A stretch of 64,000 bases of DNA from contig CAVSHR010000006.1 in assembly GCA_963727625.1 (NCBI GenBank), positions 205,547 through 269,546 of the forward strand. The letters are read 5' to 3'. The position numbers and the translations under genes are program-made. The notes below the pieces were generated by a model that had not been told where the DNA came from, made no database searches, and saw nothing but the letters and a program-made list of their open reading frames with translations. Below are positions 1-9,300 of this stretch, in pieces; position 1 is the first letter of the stretch, and each line of letters begins with the position of its first letter. This stretch comes from an uncultured delta proteobacterium. Its GTDB lineage: Bacteria > Desulfobacterota > Binatia > UBA9968.

Positions 1-87
1 TAATACGATCGCAGCACTTGCTGAAGCCCTCGGCCGGAGGTAACCGCAGGATTCGCACCGCCGGGGCGGAGAGGTCGACAGCCGATC

Positions 88-1791
88 ATGAGTGAAGCCG
101 CCGCTTTGAAACTCGCAACGCTTACCGGCGCCGAAGCCGCCGTGGAGATGCTCAAGGCCCATGGCGTAGAAATCCTTTTTGGCCTATGCGGCGACACCAG
201 CCTGCCGTTTTACGACGCGCTGGCGCGCTTGCCGCACGGCATGCGCCACGTGCTGGCGCGCGACGAGCGCTCAGCCGCCTACATGGCCGACGGCTACGCC
301 CGCGTGTCAGGAAAAGTCGGGGTATGCGAAGGGCCGAGCGGCGGCGGCGTGACCTATATCGTGCCTGGCCTTGCCGAAGCCAACGAATCATCGGTGCCGC
401 TGCTTTGCATTAATTCCGATATCTCCGTCGCGGCGCGCGGCCGTTACACGCTCACTGAATTGGACCAAGGCGCGCTCATGCGCCCGGTGACGAAATGGAA
501 CACCGTGCTCAACCGCAGCGAAGACTTGCCGCGAACCTTTCGCGCCGCGTTCAAACAGATCACCACGGGGCGGCCCGGCGCCGCGCATATCGCCCTGCCC
601 TTCGACGTCCAAAACGGCCGAGTCAATAAAGCCGACGTTTGGGGCGAGCAGCGCTTTGGCCGCTACCCGGCTGCGCGCGTGGCGCCCGATGGCGACTCGG
701 TCGAGCGCGCCGCCGCCCTACTGCGCGAGGCCGCAAGTCCAATTTTTATCTGCGGCGGCGGCGTGATGATCGCCGCAGCCGAGCCCGAGCTCATCGAGCT
801 CGCCGAGCGCCTGTCGGCGCCGGTGGCCACTACGATCAGCGGCAAAGGCTCCCTTGCCGAAGACCACCCGCTCGCCGTCGGTGTGGTCGGCTCCAACGGC
901 GGCACGCCGGAAACCCGCGCCCTGGTCGATCAGGCAGACCTGATTGTTTTCATCGGCTGCCGCGCCGGGTCGGTCACCACTGAGCGCTGGCGTCATCCAG
1001 CGCCGGGAAAAAATAAAGTCGTTCATCTCGACGTTGACCCGGCCGTGCCCGGCGCCAATTATCCAGTGGACGTGGCTTTGATTGGCGATGCCAAGCTGGC
1101 GTTGCGGATGTTGAATGAAGCGCTGGCGAGCACGCGCCGTCCGCTCGACGCATCGCGCGTGGCGTTCGCCAAGGAACAGAAGTTCGCCAAATTTCAAGCC
1201 CTCGCCGAGTCCATCGATCGCCCGATCAAACCCGAGCGCGTGATCGCCGAGCTCAGCCGTGTCCTCGACGCCGATGCGATCGTCGTCGCCGACGCCGGTA
1301 CGCCCTGTCCGTATTTTTCAGCCTATTACCCGGTGCGCGCTACCGGGCGGCGAGTTTTCTCCAACCGCGCCCACGGCGCCCTCGGCTACTCGATGGCGGC
1401 GGCGATGGGTGCTCACTTCGCACGCCCCGAAGTGAATTGCGTGTCGGTGATGGGCGACGGCAGCTTCGGCTTTACCTGCGGCGAGCTGGAAACCGCCGCG
1501 CGCTACCGTCTGCCGATTACATTTATCGTGATTGCCAATGGCAGCTACGGCTGGATCAAAGCCGGGCAAAAATCGGGCTACGGCCAGCGCTATTTCTCGG
1601 TCGATTTCAGCGCCACCGATCACGCCGCGGTCGCCAGTGCCTTCGGTGTCAAAAGCCGGCGCGTCACCGACCCGAATGAACTGGGTCAAGCGCTCAAGGA
1701 AGCATTGGCGCACGGCGGGCCCAGTCTGGTCGACATCGTTTGCCAGCCGCTCCAGGACGCCAAAGCGCCGGTGTCGGAGTGGGTGGCGTAA
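88..1791 (+). CDS. Thiamine-diphosphate-dependent enzyme, acetolactate-synthase-like
   Basis: 567-aa ORF. N-terminal TPP-enzyme start (GAEAAVEMLKAHGVEILFGLCGD) and C-terminal TPP/Mg motif (VMGDGSFGF...IANGSYGW). Confidence 0.85.
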   Translation: MSEAAALKLATLTGAEAAVEMLKAHGVEILFGLCGDTSLPFYDALARLPHGMRHVLARDERSAAYMADGYARVSGKVGVCEGPSGGGVTYIVPGLAEANESSVPLLCINSDISVAARGRYTLTELDQGALMRPVTKWNTVLNRSEDLPRTFRAAFKQITTGRPGAAHIALPFDVQNGRVNKADVWGEQRFGRYPAARVAPDGDSVERAAALLREAASPIFICGGGVMIAAAEPELIELAERLSAPVATTISGKGSLAEDHPLAVGVVGSNGGTPETRALVDQADLIVFIGCRAGSVTTERWRHPAPGKNKVVHLDVDPAVPGANYPVDVALIGDAKLALRMLNEALASTRRPLDASRVAFAKEQKFAKFQALAESIDRPIKPERVIAELSRVLDADAIVVADAGTPCPYFSAYYPVRATGRRVFSNRAHGALGYSMAAAMGAHFARPEVNCVSVMGDGSFGFTCGELETAARYRLPITFIVIANGSYGWIKAGQKSGYGQRYFSVDFSATDHAAVASAFGVKSRRVTDPNELGQALKEALAHGGPSLVDIVCQPLQDAKAPVSEWVA

Positions 1792-1795
1792 AAAT

Positions 1796-1863
1796 AGGCA
1801 CGAGGCTTGAGCCGTGAGTGAAGAATTTAGATTCTGGATTCTCTGACTCGCGCCTCGTGCCTC
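1796..1863. terminator. Inverted repeat between convergent genes (possible bidirectional terminator)
   Basis: AGGCACGAGGC (1796-1806) pairs with GCCTCGTGCCT (1853-1863), with extra imperfect internal pairing. No clean U-tract. Confidence 0.3.
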
Positions 1864-1876
1864 AAGACTCACGCCT

Positions 1877-2338
1877 TCAGTTTTTCAGCCGCACTTTGGT
1901 TCCAAGGTTGGCGCAGTCCTCATCGGTCTTTAGGCCGGCGGCGCGGATGCCGTGAGCGGCGAGCTCTTCGTCGCGTTCCTGGGTATCGCCGGTGACGCCA
2001 ACGGCGCCGAGCAACTCGCCGTTGGCGTTTCGGATCAGCATGCCGCCGCCTTCGGGAAAGAGCTGGTCATCAGAGGCGCGGATCAGATACTGCATGAAGA
2101 GCGGGCGCTCCTCTGTGCGCATGCGCACCAGCGATGATGAGCGTCCGAGCGAGAGAGCGGCGTAGGCTTTGCCGTAGGCCATCTCAAACCGCATCATCGC
2201 CGAATCGTCTTCTTTTTGAAACGCTTTGACTTTGGCGCCGGGCTCGACGACGATGACGCTCATCGGACGGCAGTCGAGCTCGCGCCCGTGCGCCAGAATC
2301 GCCGCGATGATCCGATTCGCCTGTTCCAGTGTTATCAT
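1877..2338 (-). CDS. GlcG/HbpS-like (DUF336) heme-binding-type protein
   Basis: 153-aa ORF. Its length and sequence pattern (ANRIIAAILAHGRELDCRPMSVIVVEPGA...GGGMLIRN..GELLGAVGVTG) are typical of the GlcG/DUF336 family. Confidence 0.75.
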   Translation of the reverse strand: MITLEQANRIIAAILAHGRELDCRPMSVIVVEPGAKVKAFQKEDDSAMMRFEMAYGKAYAALSLGRSSSLVRMRTEERPLFMQYLIRASDDQLFPEGGGMLIRNANGELLGAVGVTGDTQERDEELAAHGIRAAGLKTDEDCANLGTKVRLKN

Positions 2339-2501
2339 GATCGCGTTCCCTCGCCCGCTCCTGAAAAGCTCTCAAGAGTCACAGTTCGGCCTCACCACGA
2401 GCAATGCACAGAATATCTCCCGCTAAGACGCAAAGGCCGCAAAGGAAAACCCAATTTCGAACTTGGCGTTCTTGGCGCCTTGGCGCGAGCAAATCCGTTT
2501 C

Positions 2502-3356
2502 TTAGCTAAACAGAACCTTGGCGAGCTCGGAGCGATATTTGTCCGTCAGCGGATCGTCCGAACCCAGCACTTCGAAGATCTGCACCATCGCCTTGCGCGC
2601 GCCGTCCTCTTGAAACTCGCGATCCGCCTTGACGACGCCGAGAAATTCTTTGAGCGCTTCGTCGTACTTTTCCGCGCCCGCCAGCGCCTGGGCGAGCTCG
2701 AACTTCGCGGCAATGTTGTTAGGCTCGGCCTTGACCTTATCCCTGAGCACCGTAAGGTTTTCCGCCGCGCCGCTTTGGAGGTTTAAGCGTGCGATCAGCC
2801 GGTCGGCTTCCTTGCGCTCGTCGGCGACGATGGAAATTTTATCGAGATATTCCAGAGCCGCGTCCGACTCCCCTTCGTTCATCGTCAATTGACCGAGCCC
2901 GAGCAGCGCCTTGGGATGGTTCGGATCGGAATCGAGGATCTTTTGGTAGAGCGCCTTCGCCTCATCGCTTTTTCCCAGCTCTTCGAGGGCCCGCGCTGCC
3001 AGCGCTTGCTTGTCCGCCGCGGTAGGCAAGAATTTGGTTAGAAACTCGCGCAACATCGGCTCGGGCAACGCGCCGGTAAATTCCGAGGCGAGATCGCCGT
3101 CCTTGAAAAGCTTCACGGCCGGGATGCCCTGAATGCCGAACATGCCGGCGAGATTGGGATTCTCATCGACGTTCAGCTTGGCGAGCAGGAAATCGCCGGC
3201 ATATTCCTCGGCTAGTTTTTCCAACATTGGGCCGAGGGTTTTGCAAGGGCCGCACCAGGGCGCCCAAAAGTCCACCAGAACCGGAACTTCGAGGGAGCGT
3301 CCCAGGACCTCCGCTTCGAAATTCTCTTCGCTAACGTCGATCGTCCACTGATTCAT
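2502..3356 (-). CDS. Thioredoxin-domain protein with C-terminal TPR-like tail (YbbN/CnoX-like)
   Basis: 284 aa. N-terminal thioredoxin fold with WAPWCGPCK, followed by a helical-repeat C-terminal half. Confidence 0.85.
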   Translation of the reverse strand: MNQWTIDVSEENFEAEVLGRSLEVPVLVDFWAPWCGPCKTLGPMLEKLAEEYAGDFLLAKLNVDENPNLAGMFGIQGIPAVKLFKDGDLASEFTGALPEPMLREFLTKFLPTAADKQALAARALEELGKSDEAKALYQKILDSDPNHPKALLGLGQLTMNEGESDAALEYLDKISIVADERKEADRLIARLNLQSGAAENLTVLRDKVKAEPNNIAAKFELAQALAGAEKYDEALKEFLGVVKADREFQEDGARKAMVQIFEVLGSDDPLTDKYRSELAKVLFS

Positions 3357-3619
3357 TTCAGCTGTTTTCTCCCACCTTGAATGTTTTGAACGGCTTGAAT
3401 GAGTTGAACAGGATTATTTCGCGATGATCGCCTTGGCAAAGTTGCGCACGTTGGCCGCCACCGGTCGCATGGCATCGACCACGCTTTCCCAAATTTTTAA
3501 ATCCTAAAAATTATTGCGAGCCGCGAATCGGGTTTTTTTGAAATTTGACATTGTTTCGAGCTTCAGATTTCGTGCTTCGAATTTTTCTTGGCGAACTCTG
3601 CGCGCCCGCGGCGAAGAAT

Positions 3620-4123
3620 TTATTTCTTAAACGCCGCCGGGTCGAACGCCGTACCATTGAGTGTGTATGCGCTCTTCACGGCCGTCGGATTGCGGATCGT
3701 TTGAATCACATAGCAGCCGGCTTCGGCGTTGCGCACCACCTTGGCGATTTTTTCCGGCGCTTCCTTGGAGGTAATCTCGCAGCGCGTCTCGACACCCAGC
3801 CCTTCTGCCTGCACGGTCTCGCGCAGCACCGAACCTTCGTTCTTGAAGCGCGCGGTGACGTAGACCTTGGCTTTTTCAATATGAGTCTTGAGCATTTCCC
3901 CGTACCGGGAAATTTGTGTGAGCAGTCAAAACCCGACCGAGAGGCCAAAGTAAGCCAATGGCGGCGGTGCGGTATTGTCGCCGCCGATACGTTCCCCTTC
4001 ATCACAGAAAACCGTGAAGCCGCGGGCGTGCCCTTCCTTGCGCATGCGTTGCAGCGTCTCGGCGTCAGCCTCTAAAACAATCTCTCGCTTGATTTGCAGC
4101 TCTTCGGCCATGAGTTCTCCCAA
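3620..4123 (-). CDS. OsmC/Ohr-family peroxiredoxin-like protein with in-frame UGA (candidate selenocysteine)
   Basis: Track ORFs 3926..4123 and 3620..3895 share one frame (offset 306 nt). They are separated only by TGA (3926-3928) plus 10 sense codons. The joined product reads ...PPPLAYFGLSVGF-U-LLTQISRYGEMLKTH.... The UGA falls where OsmC proteins carry the first catalytic Cys. The second Cys is retained (EAGCYVIQT). Confidence 0.7.
3894..3913 (-). promoter_or_regulatory. SECIS-like hairpin downstream of the OsmC UGA
   Basis: On the mRNA, AUUUCCC-GGUACG-GGGAAAU forms a 7-bp stem with a GGU-containing loop. It begins 12 nt after the UGA. Confidence 0.45.
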
Positions 4124-4196
4124 TGGTGAAATTTATTCGCCCGGAGCCAATATATTCAGAATCGGCCGCTATGCCAACCGCGCCGGTAAGTTTTCC

Positions 4197-5264
4197 CTAG
4201 CTCTGCTCGGGAGTCGAATACTCCTCGGAATAAAGGTCGAGCAACGCCCGCAACAGGGCGAACAGGGCCGGACCGAGGACGATGCCCACCGCACCGAAGA
4301 GCGAGATACCGCCGAGGATGCCGAAGAATAGAAACAACACCGGCAGGCCGAGGCGATTACCGATGAGCAGCGGTTTCAGAATATTGTCGATCATGCCGAC
4401 GACGCCCAGGCACCAAACGAGCAGGAGGATGCCGTTCACGGTTTCGCCCTGAACGAATAGGTAGATCGACGCCGGAATCGACACGATGGTCGACCCGCCC
4501 ACGGGCAGCAGCGCCACAAAGCCCGTCAGCACGCCCCACAACACCGCAAAGGGAACACCCAATAACCAGTAAGCCAGTCCGGCGAGCAAACCCTGGAGCA
4601 TCGCCACCACCAGCGAACCATGAACCACGGCGACCACGGTATCGACGATATTTTTAAACAAACGGGTTTGGTGCTCATGCCCCATCGGCAGCAGCCGTTG
4701 CACGCGAGTTACGAAACCCGCGCCGTCGCGAAGAAAGAAAAAAAGCGTTACCAGGGCGATCACAAAGTTGACCGCGAAGAGCAAAACATTTTGCGCGATG
4801 CCCTTGACCTGCCCCACCAAAAACGACGATGAAGATTGCGCGCCTTGAATCAGCAGGTCCTTCCAGTTGATTTTAAAATCGACCAGCTGAAAAGTCATTC
4901 GGTCCCACCAGCTCAACAGCACTTGAACCCACGGTAGGGATTGCCACGGGGTGCCATTCTCGTTGTTCAAAAGCGAGCGCACCGACTGCACCAGCAAAAC
5001 CGCCTCGTCGGATAAGAACCAAGCCAGCTGGATTCCCGGCGCAATGACCAACACCGTGATCAGAACGATGACGATCAGCGCCGCCAGAGTCTCCCGTCCG
5101 CGCAGGCGCCCGAGTAGCCAGGCGTAGAGCGGGTATACCAGAATGGCGAGAATCAGCGCCCAGGTGATCGCCTTTAGGAACGGGCTGAGAATCAAAAACG
5201 CGCCGTAGAGTATGAGCAGCAGCAGCGCGAAGAAAAACCCGGTCACGAGCCAAGTTTGGTTCAC
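4197..5264 (-). CDS. AI-2E family (PerM/UPF0118) transporter
   Basis: Multi-TM ORF. The track ORF runs to 5453, but its first 63 codons look non-coding. GTG at 5264 is preceded by GGAG and begins the hydrophobic core (VNQTWLVTGFFFALLLL). Confidence 0.8.
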   Translation of the reverse strand: MNQTWLVTGFFFALLLLILYGAFLILSPFLKAITWALILAILVYPLYAWLLGRLRGRETLAALIVIVLITVLVIAPGIQLAWFLSDEAVLLVQSVRSLLNNENGTPWQSLPWVQVLLSWWDRMTFQLVDFKINWKDLLIQGAQSSSSFLVGQVKGIAQNVLLFAVNFVIALVTLFFFLRDGAGFVTRVQRLLPMGHEHQTRLFKNIVDTVVAVVHGSLVVAMLQGLLAGLAYWLLGVPFAVLWGVLTGFVALLPVGGSTIVSIPASIYLFVQGETVNGILLLVWCLGVVGMIDNILKPLLIGNRLGLPVLFLFFGILGGISLFGAVGIVLGPALFALLRALLDLYSEEYSTPEQS

Positions 5265-5487
5265 CGATTGAACTCCTTTTGCGGCTCGTTGAACTCTACG
5301 CACAAGGCTCGCGTCCTTCAAGCGCTGTACCACAGGCGGGCATTTCGGTCGCGACGCAAGCTTGCTACAGGGTGTATCAAACCGACTACTACAAGGCCCA
5401 GCCAGCGGCACTGGCCGCTTCTGGCCTCGGTGGAAATTGTCATGCCAATTCAACGGCTTACTTCAAAGGAAAAACTCAGTTAGCGCC

Positions 5488-5503
5488 TGGTACAACAGTT
5501 GCG
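5488..5503 (+). promoter_or_regulatory. Sigma-54-type (-24/-12) promoter upstream of the first SBP gene
   Basis: CTGGTACAACAGTTGCG matches TGGCAC-N5-TTGC with correct GG-N10-GC spacing. It lies about 118 nt upstream of ATG 5621. Confidence 0.5.
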
Positions 5504-5620
5504 CTATGACAGCTCCGACCGGGTATGCAGCGCCTAGCGGGCTACCAACGTTACCCAAGATCAATCATTTCGGCTGGTGGATTTTTCCATGCAGTCCTGC
5601 CGGAAGGCTACGCAAATTTT

Positions 5621-6592
5621 ATGATGAACAAAGTTATTTTAGGCACGGCTCTATTGTTGTTCAGTCTCACCTGTAGCGCCGCTGGACAGCCGGCGAAACC
5701 CTATCGGATCGGGGTTCTTCTTCCCGGCGGCCCTCAGTACGAAACCCTCGACGGACTGCGCCAGGGCTTGAAAGAGCTAGGGCTCCGGGAAGGCAACCAG
5801 TACACTCTGGAGATCAGAGATGTCGAAGGAGATGCAACCGTCGCTCATGAAGGGGCCAGGGTCATGGAAAGAGCCAAAGTCAGTCTTATCTATGCGCTGA
5901 CGACACCAGTCATTACGCAAGCCAAGGCGGCGACAGGTCACACTCCGATTGTCTTTTCGATCGGCAGCGATCCCGTCACCGGCGGGCTGGTCGAGAGTTT
6001 CGCCAAGCCAGGCGGCCGGCTCACCGGAGTCCATTATCTCGTCCGCGATCTCACCGCCAAGCGCCTCGAAGTTTTGAAGGAGATCCTTCCCAAGATCGAC
6101 CGAGTTCTTACCTATTACGATCCCGCCAATCGGGTTGCCGCCGAGGGCGCGACCCTGGCGCGCAACGAGGCGAAACGAATCGGCATCAAGCTCATCGAAC
6201 GGCACGTTAGCTCCGTCGGCGAGCTGAAAAGCGAATTGCACAAGCTTAAGACCGGCGAAGCCGACGCCTTTTTCTTCACCGCGGACCTAATGGTGGGCAG
6301 TCAATCACAACTCATTATCGATAGCACCAAAGCAAAAAAGCTCCCGGCGATGTTTCAGGAGCGAACGCTAGTGGCCCAAGGCGCGCTCGCGAGCTACGGC
6401 CAGAACTACCGAGAGATCGGCCGGCTCTCGGCCAGGTACGTCCAGCAAGTTCTCACCGGCACCCAGCCGAAGGATTTGAAAATCGAGACCGTCGACAGCG
6501 TCGAGCTGGCGATCAACTTGCAGACTGCCAGACAGCTCGGCATTACGATCCCGCCGCAAGTCCTGGCGCGCGCGCAGAAGGTGATCAAGTGA
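5621..6592 (+). CDS. PF04392-type (ABC_sub_bind) periplasmic solute-binding protein, paralogue 1 (divergent)
   Basis: Signal peptide MMNKVILGTALLLFSLTCSAAG, then YRIGVL...GLKELGLREGNQ...AKPGGRLTG...LAINLQTARQLGITIPPQVLARAQKVIK. Confidence 0.85.
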   Translation: MMNKVILGTALLLFSLTCSAAGQPAKPYRIGVLLPGGPQYETLDGLRQGLKELGLREGNQYTLEIRDVEGDATVAHEGARVMERAKVSLIYALTTPVITQAKAATGHTPIVFSIGSDPVTGGLVESFAKPGGRLTGVHYLVRDLTAKRLEVLKEILPKIDRVLTYYDPANRVAAEGATLARNEAKRIGIKLIERHVSSVGELKSELHKLKTGEADAFFFTADLMVGSQSQLIIDSTKAKKLPAMFQERTLVAQGALASYGQNYREIGRLSARYVQQVLTGTQPKDLKIETVDSVELAINLQTARQLGITIPPQVLARAQKVIK

Positions 6593-6594
6593 AG

Positions 6595-7597
6595 ATGGGC
6601 AACAGGCAACAGCGATAAAGCGAAATTCGTTGCTCTCGCGCTCTGCGCTACGCTCTTTGCGCTATTGGGATCTGCTGAGGCGCAGCAGCCGAAGAAAGTC
6701 GAACGCATAGGGTATCTGGTATCAGTTCGTGGTGGGCTCGCGTCGACCGAAGACGCGCTGCGAGCCGGTCTGCGCGAGCTAGACTACATCGAAGGACAGA
6801 ATTTTGTCGTCGAGTCGCGATCTGCCGAAGGGAAGGTCGAGCGGTTACCGGGGCTTGCAGAGGATTTGATACGCCTGAAAGTTGACGTCATCGTTGTCAC
6901 AAGCGTGCAGGGCGCTCTGGCTGCCAAAAAGGCTACTCAATCCATCCCCATTGTCTTTGCCGTCGCTCAAGATCCCGCAGGAAGCGGTCTGGTTGCCAGC
7001 CTTGCGCACCCAGGTGGAAATGTTACCGGAGTGACGGACTTCGCCCGAGAGTTAGCCGACAAGCGGCTGGAACTACTCAAGGAGACCGTTCCCAAGATCT
7101 CACGCCTAGCGCTCCTTTTGTGGAAACCGGCCGGACCGGACTATATGGCCGAGAGAAATGATATCGAGATGGCCGCCACAACCTTGCGAATCAAGATTCG
7201 GCCGGTCGAAGTGGGAAGCGCCAACGAGCTGGAGAGCGCCTTCGTGCGCATGGCCCAGGAGGGCGCCGATGCTTTTATGGGGCTGACGGACACGAGATTC
7301 GCCACCAATCGAAAACGGATCATCGAGCTGGTTGTGAAGAACCGTCTGCCGGCAGTGTATCAGGACTGGGTGTTCGTTCAGACCGGCGGTCTGATGTCTT
7401 ACGGGACAAACCGTGTTCAGTGGCGGCGGCGCATAGCGTGGTACGTCGACAAAATCCTTAAAGGCACGAAGCCGGCTGATCTTCCGGTCGAACGACCAAC
7501 GAAATTCGAATTCGTTGTAAATCTCAAAGCCGCCAAGCGGATCGGCCTGTCGATCCCGCCCAACGTGCTGGTGCGAGCGGATAGGGTGATTCAATGA
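6595..7597 (+). CDS. PF04392-type SBP, paralogue 2 (N-terminus needs a 1-nt frame correction)
   Basis: The continuous ORF starts at TTG 6665, after the signal peptide. The same frame upstream reads KAKFVALALCATLFALLGSAEA but has no start codon. ATG 6595 (MGNRQQR) is one frame off, and the switch lies at an A-run near 6615-6620. Family motifs RIGYL, LRELDYIEGQN, AHPGGNVTG and the C-terminal FEFVVNLKAAKRIGLSIPPNVLVRADRVIQ are present. Confidence 0.75.
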
Positions 7598-8598
7598 AAA
7601 CAAGCCATAGCAAAAAAGCCAGCGTCATTGGCCTTACGCTTTTCGCCATGCTCTTTGCGCTTTGCCGTCCAGCCGAGGCGCAGCAAGCGGAGAAAGTCCC
7701 CCGGATTGGATACCTAAGCGGTAGCCCGCCTTCCGCTATCGCGGAACACAACGAGGCCTTCCGCCAAGGTCTGCGCGAGCTTGGATATATGGAGGGTAAA
7801 AATATTGTGATTGAGTGGCGATCTGCAGAGGGAAAACGTGACCGCCTACCGGCGCTTGCTACCGAGCTAGTGCACCTCAAGGTCGACGTCATCGTGACGG
7901 CTGGACCGTTAGTAACCCGTTCTGCCAAACAAGCAACTTCCACAATTCCGATTGTCATGGCGCAGGATCCCGATCCGGTCCGCAACGGGTTCGTTGCCAG
8001 CTTGGCACGGCCGGGCGGTAACATAACTGGACTTTCCAGAATTGCCCCGGAGCTAAGCGGAAAACAAATGGAGCTTTTGAAGGAGATCGTTCCCATGCTA
8101 TCCCGCGTGGCCGTCTTCGGGACTTCAACCAGGCCGGGAAACGCACAAACGTTAAAAGAAGTGGAACTTGCTGCGGAGGGGTTCGGGGTGAAACTTCAAT
8201 ACCTAGACATCCTAAGTCCCAAAGATATTGTGACTGCATTCCGAGCCGCAGTTAAGGAACGGGCCGACGGCGCACTCTGGATCGTAACGGGCTCGATTGG
8301 GAATCCTCACCGAAAAAAGATTGCGGACCTCGCGGTGAGCAGCCGGCTCCCGGTGATATACTTTCAGCGAGTAGATGTGGAAGCCGGGGGGCTTATGTCC
8401 TACGGGGTGAACGTGGTCGACTTGCACCGCCGCGCCGCGGTGTACGTGCACAAGATCCTGAAGGGCGCCAAGCCGGCTGATTTACCCGTTGAGCAGCCCA
8501 CAAGGTTTGAGTTCGTAGTCAATCTCAAGACCGCGAACCAGATCGGCGTGACGATTCCGCAGAACGTGCTGATGCGGGCGGATCGAGTTATTAGGTGA
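7594..8598 (+). CDS. PF04392-type SBP, paralogue 3
   Basis: ATGA overlap with paralogue 2. Signal peptide ending AEAQQAEKVPRIGYL, then ARPGGNITG and the C-terminal FEFVVNLKTANQIGVTIPQNVLMRADRVIR. Confidence 0.9.
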   Translation: MKTSHSKKASVIGLTLFAMLFALCRPAEAQQAEKVPRIGYLSGSPPSAIAEHNEAFRQGLRELGYMEGKNIVIEWRSAEGKRDRLPALATELVHLKVDVIVTAGPLVTRSAKQATSTIPIVMAQDPDPVRNGFVASLARPGGNITGLSRIAPELSGKQMELLKEIVPMLSRVAVFGTSTRPGNAQTLKEVELAAEGFGVKLQYLDILSPKDIVTAFRAAVKERADGALWIVTGSIGNPHRKKIADLAVSSRLPVIYFQRVDVEAGGLMSYGVNVVDLHRRAAVYVHKILKGAKPADLPVEQPTRFEFVVNLKTANQIGVTIPQNVLMRADRVIR

Positions 8599-8647
8599 AG
8601 AAGTTCGACCCGGAAACCAAATCGGGAGGCGGTTTGCCTATCTGGCG

Positions 8648-8998
8648 CTACCCGACAAACCCATCTACGGGAATTAATCGCTTGGCGACAGGATCGACGC
8701 CGAGAAATAGGCTCTCAAGCGCTACGGCGCCGAGCAGCGGCGGACCGTCGGGCGCGATAAAACACGGAGTCGTGATCTCAGTGCCGTTCAGCGACAAACG
8801 TGCTTCGGCTACCGGCCAGACGTCTCGCTGTCCGCCGGCGATCACAACGCGTTGCGAGCGAGTGGATTTCAGCTCAAGCCTTTCCGCCAGGGACCGTGGC
8901 ACTACGCTAAGAGTCGCACCGGTGTCCACCAAAAGCTCGACTTCTTCGCCACGCCCCGTGGGGCCAGTCAGATGCCCTTTTACGTGGAACAATCCCAT
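8648..8998 (-). CDS. Retropepsin-like (clan AA) aspartyl protease
   Basis: 116 aa carrying the D-T-G signature in EVELLVDTGATLSVVP. Single-domain size is typical of bacterial retropepsin-like proteins. Confidence 0.7.
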   Translation of the reverse strand: MGLFHVKGHLTGPTGRGEEVELLVDTGATLSVVPRSLAERLELKSTRSQRVVIAGGQRDVWPVAEARLSLNGTEITTPCFIAPDGPPLLGAVALESLFLGVDPVAKRLIPVDGFVG

Positions 8999-9074
8999 AT
9001 CAAAGGTCTTCCGAAAAACATGGTCATTGTAGCGCAGCTAGACAACAAAGCAACAAAACTGGTTAGTCTATACA

Positions 9075-9209
9075 GGTTTGCCAACCCACAGATCTCCCGT
9101 CGAGCATCCGACCAAGTTCGAATCCGTGATCAATCTTAAAACCGCCCAGCAGATCGGCATGACGATCGCGCCGAACGTCCTGGCGCGGGCGGATCGGGTC
9201 ATAAGATGA
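9075..9209 (+). pseudogene. 3' stump of a PF04392 SBP paralogue (about 45 codons, one frameshift)
   Basis: Reads (QPTDLP)[40 protein letters not shown]. There is no upstream body. Confidence 0.8.
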
Positions 9210-9300
9210 CAGCACTGAGTTACGAGTGCTGAGGACTGAGGTGGTGATCTGTAAAGACCGGCACTCATGGCTCAGCACGCAGCACGTTTAGGGAGGAGAG

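Noticed and set aside
3414-3470. Minus-strand mini-ORF (about 18-22 codons, ...MRPVAANVRNFAKAIIAK) between the thioredoxin-TPR and OsmC-like genes.
   Set aside because: It has no RBS or promoter evidence and is very short. It is not distinguishable from chance.
9108-9125. AAGTTCGAATCC resembling a tRNA T-arm.
   Set aside because: It lies inside the SBP stump reading frame (TKFES), and no acceptor or anticodon arms can be formed around it.
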